Below are positions 17,844 to 26,984 of a stretch of 40,672 nucleotides of DNA, piece by piece. Each line of letters starts with the position of its first letter. Positions within the stretch are counted from its first letter, which is position 1. The stretch comes from Methanobacteriota archaeon (lineage in GTDB: Archaea > Thermoplasmatota > Thermoplasmata > RBG-16-68-12). Position numbers and translations under genes: made by a program. Location of the stretch: contig VBMN01000074.1 in NCBI GenBank assembly GCA_005878385.1, positions 1 through 40,672 of the forward strand, written 5' to 3'. The notes below the pieces were generated by a model that had not been told where the DNA came from, did not search any database, and worked only from the letters and a program-made list of their open reading frames with translations.

Positions 17844-18622
17844 TGAGCGAGGAGATCGTCTCGGAATTGATGCGGGCCCACGTCTATCGGTTGGCCTCCA
17901 GTGGCCAGCGCGTGGACGGCCGCGTGCTCGATGAGCCGCGGAAGCTTTCGATCGAACGGTCCTTCGTGAAGACCGCGGAAGGGAGCGCCCGCGCGAAGCT
18001 CGGGAACACGGATATCCTCGTCGGAATCAAGATGTCCGTCGGCGAGCCGTACCCCGACACGCCGAACACGGGCGTCCTGTCGACGAGCGTCGAGCTGATT
18101 CCGATGGCGAGCCCGACGTTCGAAGCGGGACCGCCGAGACCGGACTCGATCGAACTCGCCCGCGTCGTGGACCGCGGGATCCGCGAGTCGAAGATGGTGA
18201 ACATGGAGAAGCTGTGCATCACCCCGAAAGAGAAGGTCTGGATCATGTTCATCGACATCCACGTGCTCGATTACGACGGGAACCTGTTCGACGCCTGCTC
18301 CTACGGTGCGGTCGCAGCCCTCGCATCGGTCGTCGTCCCGGCGAAGAACGTGAACCTGGGCGAGAACTTCCCGCTCCCGGTCGAGCATTGGCCGGTGAGT
18401 GTCACGACGGCGAAGATCAAGGACATCCTCGTCGTCGATCCGAGCCTCGACGAGGAGCGCATGGCGGATGCGCGCATCACCGTGACGACGGATGAGAACG
18501 GCGATATCCGCGCGATGCAAAAAGGCTTAAGTGGAAGTTTCTCCTATGACGAAGTGAAGCGGATCATCGAGACGGCCCAGCGCGTCGGCCGCGCGATCCG
18601 CCCCATCCTTCGATCGTCTTGA
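17843..18622 (+). CDS. rrp42: Exosome subunit Rrp42
   Basis: RVDGR, AEGSA, PYPDTPNTG, ELARVVDRGIRES, DYDGNLFDA, AMQK. Confidence 0.97.
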   Translation: MSEEIVSELMRAHVYRLASSGQRVDGRVLDEPRKLSIERSFVKTAEGSARAKLGNTDILVGIKMSVGEPYPDTPNTGVLSTSVELIPMASPTFEAGPPRPDSIELARVVDRGIRESKMVNMEKLCITPKEKVWIMFIDIHVLDYDGNLFDACSYGAVAALASVVVPAKNVNLGENFPLPVEHWPVSVTTAKIKDILVVDPSLDEERMADARITVTTDENGDIRAMQKGLSGSFSYDEVKRIIETAQRVGRAIRPILRSS

Positions 18623-18630
18623 GGTCTTCC

Positions 18631-18915
18631 ATGGCACGTCGCACGCGAAAGGCAGGCAGCGTCGCCCGGTTCGGGCCCCGGTATGGCGTGCGGATTCGCC
18701 GCCGGATGCAAGAGATCGAGGAGGGCCTGAAGCATCGGCACGTCTGCCCGCGGTGCGCCGCGATCTCCGTGCGGCGATCGTCGACCGGTGTATGGACATG
18801 CCGCCGTTGCGGGTACGTGTTCGCGGGAGGGGCCTACCGCCCGATCGTGACGACGTCCTTCAAGCGGGAGGTCCAGGCGGCGGACAAGCCCGAGGCGAAG
18901 GCGGAGGAGGCCTGA
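18631..18915 (+). CDS. rpl37ae: 50S ribosomal protein L37ae (eL43)
   Basis: RFGPRYG, CPRC...TGVWTCRRC, FAGGAY. Confidence 0.97.
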   Translation: MARRTRKAGSVARFGPRYGVRIRRRMQEIEEGLKHRHVCPRCAAISVRRSSTGVWTCRRCGYVFAGGAYRPIVTTSFKREVQAADKPEAKAEEA

Positions 18916-18916
18916 G

Positions 18917-19051
18917 ATGTATAAGTGCGCGAAGTGCCTCGAGCCGATCCGGGCGAACATCAACACGGTCGGCATCCAGTGCGAGCGGTGCGGCTCCAAG
19001 ATGTTCTACAAAGAGCGGCCGAACGTGAAGAAGGTCGTCAAGGCGCGGTGA
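18917..19051 (+). CDS. rpoP: RNA polymerase subunit P (Rpo12), 44 aa, not in ORF track
   Basis: Hand translation MYKCAKCLEPIRANINTVGIQCERCGSKMFYKERPNVKKVVKAR; conserved position after rpl37ae. Confidence 0.93.
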   Translation: MYKCAKCLEPIRANINTVGIQCERCGSKMFYKERPNVKKVVKAR

Positions 19052-19053
19052 CC

Positions 19054-19287
19054 ATGCGGCGCGCGACGATCACCTTCGCGGGTCCGGATGCGGGGGTCGT
19101 CTATGAATCCCTGCGACCCGAGGCAGGACGCGATGTCCCGAAAGCCCGCGTCTCTCTCCGAGCCGCTCGAGGCCGCGTGACCCTCACCATCGACGCGGAC
19201 GACACGAGCGCCCTGAGGGCCGCCGTGAATTCGTATCTTCGATGGGCGGACATCGCCGCCCGAGTACGGCGCGAGGTGACGTCGTGA
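19054..19287 (+). CDS. pcc1: KEOPS complex subunit Pcc1
   Basis: SLRPE ... IDADDTSALRAAVNSYLRW; superoperon position. Confidence 0.9.
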   Translation: MRRATITFAGPDAGVVYESLRPEAGRDVPKARVSLRAARGRVTLTIDADDTSALRAAVNSYLRWADIAARVRREVTS

Positions 19288-19652
19288 AGGACATCTCCCC
19301 GCAGCTTCAGAACCAGATCGCGCAGTACCAGCAGTTGCAGAACCAGCTCCAGGTCCTCGCGAGCCAACGCATGCAACTGGAGGCCAAGCTGCGCGAGGTC
19401 GAAGGGACCCTCGAGGAACTCAACAAGCTCACCGGCGACACGCCGATCTACAAGAGCATCGGCATGCTCCTCGTGCGGCAGGACGACCGCGACGGACTGA
19501 AGAAGGAGCTCGAGGAGCACAAGGAGACGCTCACGATCCGAGTGAAATCGCTCCAGAAGCAGGAGAAGGCCCTCTCCGAACGGTATGAAGATCTCGCGAC
19601 GAAGATCCAGACGGCCCTCGGGACCTCGCCCGCAGCCGCGGAAGGCAACTGA
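19284..19652 (+). CDS. pfdB: Prefoldin beta subunit
   Basis: Coiled coil QQLQNQLQ..., IYKSIGMLLV hairpin; GTGA overlap with pcc1, GAGGTGA SD. Confidence 0.95.
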   Translation: MKDISPQLQNQIAQYQQLQNQLQVLASQRMQLEAKLREVEGTLEELNKLTGDTPIYKSIGMLLVRQDDRDGLKKELEEHKETLTIRVKSLQKQEKALSERYEDLATKIQTALGTSPAAAEGN

Positions 19653-19710
19653 GTTTTCTCCGGGCCGGGCGCTGGCAAATCCTTATATTAACAGGTCCAT
19701 TGGCGAATCC

Positions 19711-20520
19711 GTGAACGAGGATTCCGGCTCCACGGGAGAGGATTCCAGCTCCGCCGAGGAAGGGTCCGACTCCGAAGAAGAGTCCGAGGAGCAGCCCGAA
19801 TCCGAAGAATTCCCCAAGCCGGAGGAGAAAGCGGCTTCCCCACCTACCACGCCGCGGGCCCCGCCGAGTTTCAGTCGCTTCATCATGATCTTCCTGGGCC
19901 TCCTCGCGGTCTATGCGATCATCAGCCCGGACGTGGGCATCGGGTTCGCCTCGATCGCGAACGTCGCGCTCTTTCCTGTCATCGGGTTCGGCGGTGCCTT
20001 GCCGACCCTCACGATCCTGCTCGCGGGCATCCTGACGACGACGATCTCGTCCGTCATCCGGGATCACTACACGAACTGGGTGAAGATGGCGCGGACCCAG
20101 AAGGTGATGGGTGCATGGCGGAAGGAACAGATGGAAGCCATGCGAAAGGGCCAGACGACGAGGTTGGCCAAACTGAAGGAGGCCCAGCAAGGATTCATGA
20201 AGGACACCATGGAGATGCAGACCACGCCGCTGAAGTCGATGGCGTGGACTCTGTTCCTCTTCATCGTGATCTTCACTTGGTTGCGTCTCTTCGTGGATGT
20301 CGTCCTGAATAACCACGGGAACCAGTGGATCGCGGTCCCGTGGTCGAATCATGTGTACCTGAATTCCGTCTACGTCCTTCCGTCGTGGGTCCTCCTCTAT
20401 TCCCTCCTCGCGATCCCGTTCGGCCAGATCATCACGCGTGTGCTGAAGTACGTCCGATTCCGACGGCGTCTCGAGGCGATGGGGGTCCCGCTCCGGCCCG
20501 GGCCGGCCGATGCCGCGTGA
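19711..20520 (+). CDS. DUF106 / EMC3-TMCO1 (Oxa1 superfamily) membrane protein
   Basis: TM - coiled coil (MARTQKVM...LKEAQQ) - PLKSM - TM - W..Y TM; upstream of cmk; TTATATTA ~25 nt before GTG 19711. Confidence 0.85.
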   Translation: MNEDSGSTGEDSSSAEEGSDSEEESEEQPESEEFPKPEEKAASPPTTPRAPPSFSRFIMIFLGLLAVYAIISPDVGIGFASIANVALFPVIGFGGALPTLTILLAGILTTTISSVIRDHYTNWVKMARTQKVMGAWRKEQMEAMRKGQTTRLAKLKEAQQGFMKDTMEMQTTPLKSMAWTLFLFIVIFTWLRLFVDVVLNNHGNQWIAVPWSNHVYLNSVYVLPSWVLLYSLLAIPFGQIITRVLKYVRFRRRLEAMGVPLRPGPADAA

Positions 20521-20530
20521 GGGAATCCGG

Positions 20531-21070
20531 ATGATCCTCGTGATCGGAGGACCGCCCGGCAGCGGCAAGACCACGGTCGCGGAACGGTGGGCCGCGACCC
20601 ATCACTACATCCTCGTGTCCGCGGGGACGAAGTTCCGCGCGATGGCGAAGGAACGCGAGATGAGTCTGGAGGCCCTCGGTCGGGCAGCCGAGAAAGACCC
20701 ATCCATCGACCGGGCCCTGGACCGGGCCATTCTGGAAGAAATCCGTGCCAGACAAGCCGCGGGCGCGAACGTGGTGGTCGACGGACGAATCCAAGCGCAT
20801 CTCTTGGCGAAGGAACGCATCCCGTGTCTGAAGGTCCTCATCGACGCGCCCCTCGAGGTGCGGGCCCGTCGGATCGCGGGTCGCGAGAAGAAGGGCGTCC
20901 CCGACGCCAAGCGAGAGATCGTCGCCCGGGAGGAGTCCGAACGGATCCGCTACAAGGCGATCTACGGGATCGATTTGAGGGACACGAGCGTGTTCGATTT
21001 CGTGATTGACTCCGGCGAGAAGACGCCGGATGAGATCGTCGGGATGATCGCCGCCCGGGTGCGGGGATGA
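20531..21070 (+). CDS. cmk: Cytidylate kinase (archaeal type)
   Basis: GGPPGSGKTT, SAG..FR.MA, IDRALD, VVDGR, RY..IYGID. Confidence 0.92.
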   Translation: MILVIGGPPGSGKTTVAERWAATHHYILVSAGTKFRAMAKEREMSLEALGRAAEKDPSIDRALDRAILEEIRARQAAGANVVVDGRIQAHLLAKERIPCLKVLIDAPLEVRARRIAGREKKGVPDAKREIVAREESERIRYKAIYGIDLRDTSVFDFVIDSGEKTPDEIVGMIAARVRG

Positions 21071-22023
21071 GCGATCTCGTCGTCCTCCATGAAACGCCGG
21101 ATTCGAAGCACGGAACCCGCCCCGAGGACCGAACGATCCAAGAGCGGATCCGCCTCGGGGTGGCGATCGTCGACAAGCCGGCCGGTCCGACGTCGCATCA
21201 GGTGAGTGCTTGGGTCCGGGACATGTTCTCGGTCCCGAAGGCCGGCCACTCCGGGACCTTGGATCCCCGGGTGACCGGAGTCCTGCCGGTGGCCCTCGCG
21301 GACGCCACCCGGGCGGTCGAGGCCGTCCTCGCGGGAGACAAGGAGTACGTCGGCGTGTTCCAACTCCACCAGGATGTGGACCCGCGACGGGTGCGGTCGA
21401 TGATGGCCCGGTTCATCGGGGAGATTTACCAGGTCCCGCCGGTCCGCTCGGCGGTGAAGCGGGAACAGCGGACGCGACGCGTGTTCGAACTCGAGCCTCT
21501 CGAGATCGAGGGGCGTGACGTGCTCTTCCGAGTTCGTTGCGAGTCGGGGACCTATATCCGCACCCTCGCCGTGGACATCGGCGATGCCCTCGGGGTCGGC
21601 GCGAACCTGGTCGACCTTCGGAGGACCAGGACCGCGAGCTTCGGAGAAGCGGACGCCCATCCCCTGAACGCATTCCGTGACGCCCTCGCATTTGCCAAAG
21701 AAGACGGCAACGAGAGCGCGGTCCGCGCGATCCTGAGGCCCATCGAAGACCTGTTGCGGCATCTCCCTCGAATGATCATCAAAGATACCGCCGTGGACGC
21801 GCTCTGCCACGGCGCGAATCTGGCGGTCCCCGGCGTCGCGAAGCTGTCCCCCCGCATCCGACGAGGTGACGCGGTCGGGGTCTTCACGGGGAAAGGCGAG
21901 GCAGTCGCGCTGTCGAAAGCGCTCATGACGACCGACGAGATCGTCATCGCGAAGTCGGGTGCGGCGGCGGACACCGGCCGCGTCCTGATGGAGCCAGGCA
22001 CGTACCCGAAGCTGTGGAAGTGA
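21067..22023 (+). CDS. cbf5: H/ACA / tRNA pseudouridine synthase Cbf5 (TruB family)
   Basis: DKPAGPTSHQV, GHSGTLDP, PPVRSAVKR, GTYIRTL, C-terminal PUA domain, YPKLWK. Confidence 0.97.
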   Translation: MSDLVVLHETPDSKHGTRPEDRTIQERIRLGVAIVDKPAGPTSHQVSAWVRDMFSVPKAGHSGTLDPRVTGVLPVALADATRAVEAVLAGDKEYVGVFQLHQDVDPRRVRSMMARFIGEIYQVPPVRSAVKREQRTRRVFELEPLEIEGRDVLFRVRCESGTYIRTLAVDIGDALGVGANLVDLRRTRTASFGEADAHPLNAFRDALAFAKEDGNESAVRAILRPIEDLLRHLPRMIIKDTAVDALCHGANLAVPGVAKLSPRIRRGDAVGVFTGKGEAVALSKALMTTDEIVIAKSGAAADTGRVLMEPGTYPKLWK

Positions 22024-22026
22024 TCC

Positions 22027-23160
22027 ATGGCCGTCGATGCGTGGGGCTTTGACTCGGATCGACAGGCGAAGGCGCACCGTCTGCGGACCTTACGGTTCCG
22101 ACTCTCCATCGCACGGACGGGGGCGCTCGTGTCGCTCGTCGTGGGTCTGGTAATCGTCGGCTCCGCGAGCCTTCGAGATGCCGTCCTCTCCCTTCGATGG
22201 CCCTCGTGGACCTCCACGATCCTGTTCCTCGCGGTCCTCTACCTGGCCTTCTTCGCCGTCGAACTTCCTTTCACCTACGTCGGTGGATATCGATGGGAGA
22301 AGGCATCGGGGCTGTCCTCCCAATCGATGTGGGGATGGATGAAAGACCTCGCGAAGACGGCCGGCCTCGGCCTCGGGGCATCGGTCGTCGCGGGTGGCGT
22401 CCTCCTCTGGCTCCTCGCCACCTCGACCTGGTGGTGGCTCGTTGCGTGGCTTCTCGGACTCATCGTCTCCGCGATTCTCGGCTTCCTCGCGCCGGTGGTC
22501 TTGGTGCCCCTCTTCTATCGATTCCGGCCTCTGACCGACGCCGTCCTCCGCGGTCGCTTCGAGGCCCTCGCCGCGAAGGCTGATGTCCCCATCCTCGGCG
22601 TGTTCGAGTTACGCGCGTCGGAGAAGACCCGGCGGTCGAACGCGGCGGTCATGGGCCTCGGTCGCACGCGCCGGGTGATCGTGACGGACACGCTCCTCCA
22701 AGGCTTCACCCCGGAAGAGGTGGAGACCGTCCTCGCGCACGAACTCGCCCACCAGAAATATCGGGATCCGATCCGCGGGTTCTTCTCCGGCTCCCTCGTG
22801 TCCCTTCTGGTCCTCGCCCTAGTGGGCTGGGCCTATGCCGCGACCTACTCCTCGTTCGGGATTCGATCGCCGGCGGACATGGCCGGATTGCCGTTCTTGG
22901 TGGCGCTCTTCAGCCTTCTCGCCCTCCCCTTTCGTCCGCTGGAACTCCGAGCGTCGCGGTCCCGTGAGGCTCGCGCGGACCGGTTCTCCCTCGGCCTCAC
23001 CGGCGATCCCGCGAATTTCGTCGCGGCGATGGTGAAGCTTCACGATCGCAACCTCGGCGTGGCGGATCCACGCCCCTGGGAGAAGTGGCTGTTTTACAGC
23101 CATCCGACGGGACGCGATCGTGTGGAGATGGCGCGCGCATTCCGCGCTTCCTCCGGATGA
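22027..23160 (+). CDS. M48 family membrane zinc metalloprotease (Ste24-like)
   Basis: Multiple TMs, SNAAVMG, DTLL, VLAHELAH, SREARAD, YSHP...R. Confidence 0.92.
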   Translation: MAVDAWGFDSDRQAKAHRLRTLRFRLSIARTGALVSLVVGLVIVGSASLRDAVLSLRWPSWTSTILFLAVLYLAFFAVELPFTYVGGYRWEKASGLSSQSMWGWMKDLAKTAGLGLGASVVAGGVLLWLLATSTWWWLVAWLLGLIVSAILGFLAPVVLVPLFYRFRPLTDAVLRGRFEALAAKADVPILGVFELRASEKTRRSNAAVMGLGRTRRVIVTDTLLQGFTPEEVETVLAHELAHQKYRDPIRGFFSGSLVSLLVLALVGWAYAATYSSFGIRSPADMAGLPFLVALFSLLALPFRPLELRASRSREARADRFSLGLTGDPANFVAAMVKLHDRNLGVADPRPWEKWLFYSHPTGRDRVEMARAFRASSG

Positions 23161-23209
23161 GCGCGCGGGGAATCTTTATACCGACGGACCCGATGGGCGC
23201 GCGCTGGGT

Positions 23210-23325
23210 GCCGAGGTCGCCTAGTCCGGTAGGGCGCCAGCCTGGAGAGCTGGTGGGCGTAAGCCCTCGGGAGTTCAAATGGCTCCCGCTCTGGTGACGG
23301 CTGCCTGGAAGTCTCCCCCTCGGCG
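23210..23325 (+). tRNA. tRNA-Ser(GGA) with a non-canonical intron 23280-23311 (position 59/60)
   Basis: GCCGAGG/CCTCGGC acceptor, CCAGC-CT GGA GA-GCTGG anticodon arm, long variable arm GGGC-GTAA-GCCC, GGGAG TTCAAA|T CTCCC T arm, G73; BHB at junction; TTTATA at 23175-80. Confidence 0.93.
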
Positions 23326-23326
23326 T

Positions 23327-24388
23327 TCAGCTCTTTCGATGGCTCTCGGCGAGTTTCGCCTTGAGGGCCTGGATTGGTTTCAAGACGAGCGGGTCGACGC
23401 GGCGCAACGCGGCGAGATACAGGCTCACGTAGTCTCCGAGGAACAGGGTCCCGAGCATGCGGCTCACGAGGCTGGGCCCGTCATCCCGGATCTGCTCAAC
23501 CTTCGTCTTGCGGGACATGAGGCCCACGGTGATGTCGAGCTGACGGCGGATGTCCGGTGCCTCATCGCGGTCCCGGAGGAGGATCGCGCGATGGGCGCGT
23601 GCGCGAGAGTCCTCCATCCAGCCGACGAGTTCGTTGTGGTCCGCTTCGGGGAAGGTGGACGAAAACGCGAGGACCTTCGAGTTCTCGTTCAGCTGGGTCT
23701 GCCATCGCCGGGCGACCGCGACGAAGGGCGGGGCCGCATAGATGACGGGGACGACCGCTCGGATCCTCACGGCGAGGGCTTTCGCCCGGTTCGATCGGAC
23801 CCCGCTCTCGGGGCGCAGGCGGGTGCGGACGGCTTGCAAGTGCGCGATTGCTTCCTTGAGCTCGTCGTCCAACGCACCAACCGCCCATCCTCCGCCGATC
23901 CCTGCGAGGATTCCGAACAGATGGCCGAAGGCCCCGCGAGGGGGAAGGCCCGTCGGGACCGGGAGGACTCGCATGTCGTTGCCCCGGGCGAGATCGCGCA
24001 GGGTTCCCCCCGAGGTGACGGCGACGACGCGACAACCCAGCTTGATCCCCTGCGCCGTGGCGGCCAGGGTCTCTTCCGTATTGCCGGAATAGGAGACCGC
24101 CACGAGAAGATCTTCGGGTCGCGCGTACGCCGGTAGCCGGTAGTCCCGGACCACTTGGATGGGGATCCTCGTGCGATCCGCGAGCCACGCCGCGAATACG
24201 TCGCCGCCGATCGCCGAACCTCCCATCCCGACGATGAAAATCCGCTGTGCATCCCCGATCGGGACGGGCGCCGCGCTCCCGACCTTCATGCCGGTCGCCA
24301 GTTGCTCTGGAAGCGACGCGATGATGTCCCGCATCCCTCCGGGATCGATGGCCGCGACCGCGCGGGCCTCTAGCATCCGGAGCACCAT
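23327..24388 (-). CDS. Bifunctional phosphoglucose/phosphomannose isomerase
   Basis: GMGGSAIGG, SYSGNTEET, TSGG, PPR, RW..QLNENSK, PEADHNE. Confidence 0.93.
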   Translation of the reverse strand: MVLRMLEARAVAAIDPGGMRDIIASLPEQLATGMKVGSAAPVPIGDAQRIFIVGMGGSAIGGDVFAAWLADRTRIPIQVVRDYRLPAYARPEDLLVAVSYSGNTEETLAATAQGIKLGCRVVAVTSGGTLRDLARGNDMRVLPVPTGLPPRGAFGHLFGILAGIGGGWAVGALDDELKEAIAHLQAVRTRLRPESGVRSNRAKALAVRIRAVVPVIYAAPPFVAVARRWQTQLNENSKVLAFSSTFPEADHNELVGWMEDSRARAHRAILLRDRDEAPDIRRQLDITVGLMSRKTKVEQIRDDGPSLVSRMLGTLFLGDYVSLYLAALRRVDPLVLKPIQALKAKLAESHRKS

Positions 24389-24486
24389 CCATGGGGACGA
24401 AATAAGGGCTCCGCTTCGCCCCGCTCATTACCAGCAAAATAGTTCTTACAAATATCTTGATATATTCCGCCCGGGGTCGGAGAACC

Positions 24487-25182
24487 GTGGACTTCGAGCG
24501 CGCCATCACCGCTCTGCGCCGCGGGGAATTCGTCCTCGTTTACGATGGGGACGGCCGCGAGGCGGAGACGGATCTGACGATCGCGAGCGAGTTCGTCACG
24601 CCCGCCGGGATCCGGACCCTCCGCAAGGAGGCCGGGGGATTGATCTGCATGACCTTGTCAGGCGAAGTCCGGGCCCGGATTGGTCTTCCGTTCATGACCG
24701 ACGTCCTCCGTCGCGCCGGATCCGCCTATCCCGTCCTCGATGCGGTCTCCGCGGAGGACTTCAAGTACGATCGGCACAGCGCGTTCTCGATTGCGGTAAA
24801 CCACCGCGACACGTTCACGGGGGTGACCGACGTGGACCGCGCGAGGACGATCGCACGACTGGCGGCCATTGCGAAAGAAGCCGTGAAGCGCGAAAACGGA
24901 TGGGCCGCCCATGCGTTCGCGGAGGAATTCCGTTCCCCGGGCCATGTCCCGCTCCTGAACGCGGCGGAACCGATCCTCGATGACCGCCGCGGACACACGG
25001 AGCTCACGACGGCCCTCATGATCATGGCCGGACTCGCGCCCTCCGCGACCATCTGCGAGATGATGGCGGACGACGGACGAGCCCTCTCCAAGGAAGATGC
25101 AAAGGCATATGCTCGGGAGAGGAATCTCGTGTTCCTGGAAGGCCAGGACATCGTCCGAGCGTGGCGTTTGTGGTCCGTGTAA
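24487..25182 (+). CDS. ribB: 3,4-dihydroxy-2-butanone-4-phosphate synthase
   Basis: YDGDGREAETD, GLIC, FTGVTD.DRA.T, FRSPGHV, RRGHTE, CEM; GTG 24487. Confidence 0.95.
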   Translation: MDFERAITALRRGEFVLVYDGDGREAETDLTIASEFVTPAGIRTLRKEAGGLICMTLSGEVRARIGLPFMTDVLRRAGSAYPVLDAVSAEDFKYDRHSAFSIAVNHRDTFTGVTDVDRARTIARLAAIAKEAVKRENGWAAHAFAEEFRSPGHVPLLNAAEPILDDRRGHTELTTALMIMAGLAPSATICEMMADDGRALSKEDAKAYARERNLVFLEGQDIVRAWRLWSV

Positions 25183-25673
25183 TGGCGACGGGGGTCTTCG
25201 ATCTCCTCCATCCCGGTCACCTCTATTTCATCCGCGAGGCGCGGAAGCTCGGCGACGAGCTGTGGGTGGTCGTGGCGCGCGACAGCACCGCGCGACGGTT
25301 CAAGCACGAGCCGATCACGCCGGAGGAATCGCGGATCCAGTTGGTGGGCGCGCTCAAGCCCGTCGACCGGGCGGTCTTGGGCCACGAGGGGAACATCTAC
25401 GACATCCTGGACGAGATCCGCCCCGACGTCATCGCCCTCGGCTTCGACCAGGTCCACGATGAGACTCGGATTCTGGAAGAGTGCCGGAAGCGCGGTCTCT
25501 CGACGAAGGTCGTCCGGCTCCCGAAGTTCGAAGGCGACCTGGACGGGACGCGAAAGATCGTGAGGAAGGTGGCGGAATGGCTCGCGCTCCAAGAGCGACT
25601 GTCCGGAGTCGAAGGCGGGAAGGTCGAACTGCCCGCGGATCCCCCCGCACGGCGTCGCAAGGGAAAGGCCTGA
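25170..25673 (+). CDS. ribL: FAD synthetase (archaeal cytidylyltransferase family)
   Basis: ATGVFDLLHPGH, VVVARD, PDVIALGFDQ; rib cluster context. Confidence 0.9.
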   Translation: MVRVMATGVFDLLHPGHLYFIREARKLGDELWVVVARDSTARRFKHEPITPEESRIQLVGALKPVDRAVLGHEGNIYDILDEIRPDVIALGFDQVHDETRILEECRKRGLSTKVVRLPKFEGDLDGTRKIVRKVAEWLALQERLSGVEGGKVELPADPPARRRKGKA

Positions 25674-26143
25674 TGCGGATCGGGATCGTCGACACGTCCT
25701 TCTCCCGGTACGACATGGCATCGGCCGCCATCGACGAACTCCGGAAGCAAGGGGGCGGCTTCCTCGTCGAGCGATACACGGTCCCCGGAATCAAGGATCT
25801 CGCGGCGGGTGCGCGGATCCTCTTCGACCGGGGTTGCGACCTCGTCATGGCCCTGGGCATGGTCGGCCGGCAGCCCGTCGACAAAGATTGCGCGCTCGCG
25901 GCGGATTTCGGCTTGCAGGTCGTCCAGGCGAACCTGGGCCGGCACATCCTCGGCGTGATGGTGCACGAGGAAGAAGCGGCCGATGAGGTCCAGCTGGCCC
26001 GACTCTTCGACCGACGGACCCGGGAGCATGCGGTGAACGCGTACGACCTCCTGCTCCGCCCCGACGCGATCCGGGCCCGTGCGGGGACGGGGCAGCGGGA
26101 GGGCTTCTCCGATGCGGGCCCGCTCCGGGTGAACGACCGATGA
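25673..26143 (+). CDS. ribC: Archaeal riboflavin synthase
   Basis: IGIVDTSFSRYDM, YTVPGIKDL, VMVHEEE, AGTGQREG. Confidence 0.93.
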   Translation: MRIGIVDTSFSRYDMASAAIDELRKQGGGFLVERYTVPGIKDLAAGARILFDRGCDLVMALGMVGRQPVDKDCALAADFGLQVVQANLGRHILGVMVHEEEAADEVQLARLFDRRTREHAVNAYDLLLRPDAIRARAGTGQREGFSDAGPLRVNDR

Positions 26144-26547
26144 GACTCGCAATCGTCGCCGCGGAATTCCATCGCGACGTGACGGACCGGATGGTGGAGA
26201 AGGCACTCGCCCGGGCCAAGGAGCGTGGCGTTCGCGTGACGTCGGTGGTCCGTGTGCCGGGCACATTCGAAATCCCTCTCGCCGTCGAGCGGCTCCTGGG
26301 CCGTCCGGACGTGGACGGGGCCGTGGCGATCGGCGCCGTGATCAAGGGGGAGACCCTCCATGACGAGGCCCTCATGGCCGTCGTGCCGCGGGCCCTCCTC
26401 GACGTCGGATTGCGGGCGGGCAAGCCGGTGGGCCTGGGCATCACGGGACCGGGGATGACCGACGAACAGGCGCTTGCACGCGTCGACAAGGGGGCCGACG
26501 CGGTCGATGCGGCGCTCGCTATGCACGAACTCCTCCGGGCGCTTTGA
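26140..26547 (+). CDS. ribH: 6,7-dimethyl-8-ribityllumazine synthase
   Basis: IVAAEF, VPGTFEIPL, GAVIKGETLH, KPVGLGI. Confidence 0.95.
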   Translation: MRLAIVAAEFHRDVTDRMVEKALARAKERGVRVTSVVRVPGTFEIPLAVERLLGRPDVDGAVAIGAVIKGETLHDEALMAVVPRALLDVGLRAGKPVGLGITGPGMTDEQALARVDKGADAVDAALAMHELLRAL

Positions 26548-26623
26548 CGTGCCTCCTTGAGATTCGAAGCGGAAAGGTTTAATCCCGCGAGGCCTCCATC
26601 CGGGCCTTCCGAGGCCTTCGGCC

Positions 26624-26983
26624 ATGGTGGACGCAGCCGCGCTCGAATCGATCCTCAAGGAGATCGAGCAGAACGAGGGAGTGCACGAAGCGATGCTCGT
26701 GTCCCTCGCGGGCACCTACCTGGCGGGGAGCTTTCCGAAAGGGGTCCACGTGGACACGTTCGGATCGATGTTTGCGGTCCTGATCGGCTCGGCCGAGACC
26801 GTGACGTCGGAGGCGAGGGACGTCCTCGACAGCGTGATCATCCGCTCCAAGGCGAGCCAATACCTGATCATCCACGGTGGCCGGAAGGCCCTCCTGGTCA
26901 TGCGAATCGGGGTGGGGAACGACCCGCTCAAAGCGAAGCTCGCGGTCGAGAAATACATCCCTCGCATCGAGGAGCATTTGTAG
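26624..26983 (+). CDS. Roadblock/LC7 domain protein
   Basis: LESILKEI...GV..AMLVS..G, helix with SAETV, three-strand end, terminal helix; 119 aa. Confidence 0.8.
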   Translation: MVDAAALESILKEIEQNEGVHEAMLVSLAGTYLAGSFPKGVHVDTFGSMFAVLIGSAETVTSEARDVLDSVIIRSKASQYLIIHGGRKALLVMRIGVGNDPLKAKLAVEKYIPRIEEHL

Positions 26984-26984
26984 T

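Noticed and set aside
23269-23287. Alternative intron-less T arm for tRNA-Ser (GGGAG paired with CTCCC at 23283-23287)
   Set aside because: Gives a 9-nt T loop and no acceptor-stem partner downstream; the intron model restores a perfect cloverleaf and BHB
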